This document shows positions 37,693-41,527 of a DNA stretch of 41,527 nucleotides, piece after piece. Every line of letters starts with the position of its first letter. Position 1 is the first letter of the stretch. The notes below the pieces were generated by a model. That model saw only the letters and a list, made by a program, of their open reading frames with translations, did no database searches and was not told the origin of the DNA. Source of the stretch: Oopsacas minuta (Eukaryota > Animalia > Porifera); contig JAKMXF010000060.1 in assembly GCA_024704765.1 (NCBI GenBank), positions 1 to 41,527 of the forward strand, given 5' to 3'. Made by a program: the position numbers and the translations under genes.

Positions 37693-40115
37693 GGAAAAGT
37701 AATCGCGAGTGCTTATTAAGTGTATTAGATACATAAAAACCCGAGATTCTGAAGAGAAGAATTTCGAGAGAGCAACTTTCGTGATAGATCATCACATGCT
37801 AGTCCAGAGAAGAAAACTGAACTAGCATTTTATATGATATCTTATCATCTGATAGGGATGAATCTCCTATTTCAGAAGACATTCCAAAAAACATTGATCT
37901 GGAATTCTGGTATAGTGACCATACTTCAAGTCTATCAGACATACTATCACCTTCGACTCCACGCCTTAATTTTTCTCTAATTCCTGATACACCAGTTAAG
38001 TAATGCCATAAACAAAGTGAGTAGATGAAAAATGGAATTAGTTCTACGTTATAAACAACTGAATACCAGTTATAGCACTTGCATAGACTCAAAATGGAGA
38101 TTGGTAGGGCCATTTCAGATAAGTTTTATTCGAGAAGACTATGATCATCGGTAACACCTAAGATCTTTCTCAATAGCACACAATAGGGTGTATTTTATGT
38201 TTTCTCGCCTTGGAGGTGTGTCAGGAAAAGGGACATTGTTTTTTTGAGTCGCTGGGAGTTGTTGACCTGACTTTTCATCTGATTAGTTAAACAAAATGCT
38301 ATTAGAATTTGATTCGCGCATTCATACCTCACTAATGGTACTGCTCATCGGTAGATTTTGGATAGGGATTTTTATTGAAGCCACCCTTCATCGCTGTATA
38401 TGTATTCTCTTATATTTTGTATTCAGATTACCGAATCCAATAAGGATTACGATCATTCGTCGATTCTATTTGGCTCTTTTCGTATGAGGGATGTACACTT
38501 CCCTTTCTGTTTAGCTAAAGGAACACTTTCCATATTATCTACTGAAGGGTATTCTACCTATTTTAGCATCAGTCACCTCCGTTTTTGATAGTATGTTTGT
38601 ATACTCATCCGTTCTCTGCAATGGCTTTCCCTCTGGCATGAATCTCCTCTCGTCGAAATGAACAGGTGGAAATTTTGGTATTGCTTCTGGTAGTAGTTTT
38701 GCAATCGCTAAGTTGAACCGAAGAGTATCTGTTTCCTCTCATAATCTTCACGTTCGAACACTTTGTGTTGTATACTAACATTATAAGACACAAAGTCTAC
38801 GTATGGTGGTCCATTTATGCTGAGCATTAAAAGGACGCGCTCCAGGTCCACGCTCAAACTTGAGGAGCGAAGGCTGAAGTCGCTCTTTCGTGAAATAAGG
38901 AAACGAAACTGGAGAGTCGCTCATATATTTGAGGAGCGCGCACCAGTAACGGCGCTCCATTTTGTCTTCACTCAAATTTAAATTATTAAATCTAAAAATT
39001 ATCTAATATTCTTCAAATACCTAGAAGTTGTCCAATTTTACAATTTATTTTCATAAATCTTCAGGAATAAATTAGCTCCTACATATTGGAATAAGATTTG
39101 TAAATTCTTCCAGCATGTTTCCCATTTATATGTGTATAGTAAGATCATCGCTTATAGCTATAATAGGCCATATATGAGTAGTCGCTTGATTCATAAATAT
39201 ACTTGTTGAAGAATCTTGAGCTCATTTACTGTGCCGAAATTATTTTTGTTCACAATTACTATGCGAACAATAAAATCTCAGTGTATAAAGTAGTTGATAA
39301 TATCCCTCCCGAAATTACTTTTAGGGTTCGGGCCTTACTCTGAAAATAGATATTGATAGCTGAAATACCGAAGCCTTCCCTAACATTCATTATACCTCAT
39401 TTAAATGAACTACCTTTGGATCGCGGACCCCACGATTGCAACAATATCAGGACATGTTATAAGGTGTATGTAACCACGTGTACAACAACAAATCTGATTT
39501 GTTTAGAAGCGCAACGGCGGTTATTATATTGGACAGCTTCAATCTATTGTAAATAACCTGTAGAAACTGAATCCCAATGGGTTAGTATGTTGTTATGCGT
39601 GGTAATTCAGCAAAAATACAAAGTATAATATGATTGGCCAATTTAATATCGAATATAATGCATTGATTTGATTGAAAGATGTGTTGAAAAATCACATACC
39701 TTTTGATCACATCATCCGATCTCTAAATACTCCTTATTCATAATAGGTGACCAAAGTGTATCTTGCAAAAACAACGGTCCAGGCATCTCCAAGGAGATGT
39801 GATGAAACACATATACAAACACGAACACAGACATACTACTTGATACATACAGAATTCCGAAGAATGACCCTAAATGATGCTCCGAATATATGAAACAATT
39901 CACAGTACAATTCAATAATAAACTTCAGACGTGAAAATATGTTCAATCACATGAAAAAGTGTCTATACTTTTGAAATATTTGAATGATATTTTAGGTTCC
40001 CGGTTACCCCTGACTAACAGGTGGGTTAATCTCTAGGAAAATTTGGAATGTGCTAAATTTGATGTCTATCATGACAAACATATTTTGAAGGATCCCTCAA
40101 ACGGACAGACGTACG

Positions 40116-40165
40116 GAAGTAGTACAACATCCATGCTCGTAATGACATGGATGTTGTACGACTTC
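40116..40165. repeat. Hairpin with 20-bp arms
   Basis: gaagtagtacaacatccatg, a 10-nt loop, then catggatgttgtacgacttc (19/20). Confidence 0.85.
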
Positions 40166-40403
40166 TATCCATCCGTAAAGCGAATATACTGACAAAATTC
40201 ATAGATTAAGACATGTATAGACTTTCTAGCAAAATATGTTTGCATAAAAAATTATAACATACCTAGTAGGAATGTTTCCTAATGGGCGCATACTATATAG
40301 ATCGGTAATGGCTTGAACTGATATAAACTTATGAAACATGCTGTGCGATCAAGCTGATTCCCGAAAAACATCAAGATTTGCCAGAGTAAAGGGACTTGTC
40401 TTG

Positions 40404-40900
40404 AAATTTGTGTCCCCTTATCTAAGAAAAGGGGAGACAGTTTGGAATTGATAGAAATTATATTGAATTCTGACAACACAAGTAATTCAATAATTATTTG
40501 TCATGGATCTCCACAAATTGATTATACAATTGTTTCAAGTCTATCTCCAACTATTTAGAGATAATATATTTAATATCCGATACCATTTTACTCATTTCAT
40601 CCTACGTTAGTCTGAAATGTGCGAATGATGCGCACCACCTTTGCTATGTCTCCAATAGAATTCACCATTACCTGGACCATAGTGCACAACCATAAACAAA
40701 TACCTAGCCACGCCACTGCAGACAATCCCAAAATTTGGTCAGAAAAGCGACTTTTGTAATTAGATGTCCCCTTATCCAAGATAAGTTGACACAGTTTGCA
40801 ATTACTAGCGATCAAGTCAATTTCCGGCAACCTCAAAATGTGTCAAATTAAGGAATTTGTTTTGAAATTAGGTGTCCCTTTATCCAAGATAAAGATACAC
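40404..40900 (+). repeat. Three dispersed copies of tgtccc(c/t)ttatc(c/t)aaga.aa
   Basis: Copies near 40411, 40765 and 40873. Confidence 0.6.
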
Positions 40901-41527
40901 AATATGTATATATTCATATATATACACTTATAGATAGAATAATCACGCTAGTTGTTATTTAGTATACGTGGATTATAGGTTATCGCTGAGCCCAAATATA
41001 TGACAATCAGAAGGAATTGTATTGTTGTGTAGAGAGGGGTATGTCAAGCTATATTTACCTGCGACCGTAATTGATCCGGTAGGATCATAAATCCAGCCAC
41101 GGATGGCTCCCCAGCCTATACTAAGTTCCACCAGTTAGATAACACAGGTCAACAAAATTTAACTTCATTTTCTCATCAAGTATTAGATTGACATTTTCTA
41201 AGCTAGTTTTTAACGCTGAATTCAATTCTGCTTTCAGATTCTTTCCAGCGCGTCCAGCTTTTTTCCATCTACAAGTCAACGATTTTTATGTATTTCCTAA
41301 ATTTTTCCTGTTATTTTATGGCAGTGGCTGTCTTTTTGTCTTCTTACATGATAGCCATCTGAAATAAATCAACGTTTCGATGTTTTAGATTAATGCCAAG
41401 ATTATATCAGCTATTATCCTAGCTCTTGCATATAATTATTCACATTCATGCATGTATCAACTACTCACAAACTAAGGGGAAATACATATCCATCTAGAAG
41501 TATAAAGGTAGCTAACTAAATTAAAAG

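Noticed and set aside
38870-38900. Hammerhead ribozyme core
   Set aside because: ctgaagt does not fit CUGANGA and the required stems are absent.
39353-39556. BEL/Pao integrase fragment (VYVTTCTTTNLICLE resembling FTCATTRAIHLE)
   Set aside because: Only about 5 of 11 residues match, and there are no other integrase, RT or LTR features.

Overview
AT-rich eukaryotic (probably invertebrate) genomic DNA that is mostly a graveyard of nested DNA transposons. I found no rRNA, tRNA, CRISPR array or prokaryotic operon, and no host gene I can name. Most short ORFs in the supplied track are frameshifted transposase fragments or noise. Recognisable elements are three decayed hAT transposons from different clades (Buster-like 1889-4325, BED/DUF659-like about 18690-20619, ZMYM1-like about 22010-26258), two decayed Mutator-like (MULE) transposases, a DD37E Tc1-like element (24875-26216), a nearly intact DD41D rosa/Visitor-like element (31461-32823), several MITEs and several degenerate minisatellites. 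Three results stand out. (1) A roughly 4.7 kb inversion (16192-20877) between two inverted copies of one MITE, supported by swapped 8-bp target-site duplications (TSDs) and by the displaced left end of a neighbouring hAT. (2) A MULE transposase remnant with a C-terminal C3HC4 RING finger. (3) A 2A-like (StopGo) peptide leader, LLFIGGIEINPGP, that appears to be spliced onto an unknown exon. All alignments were done by eye and no database searches were run.
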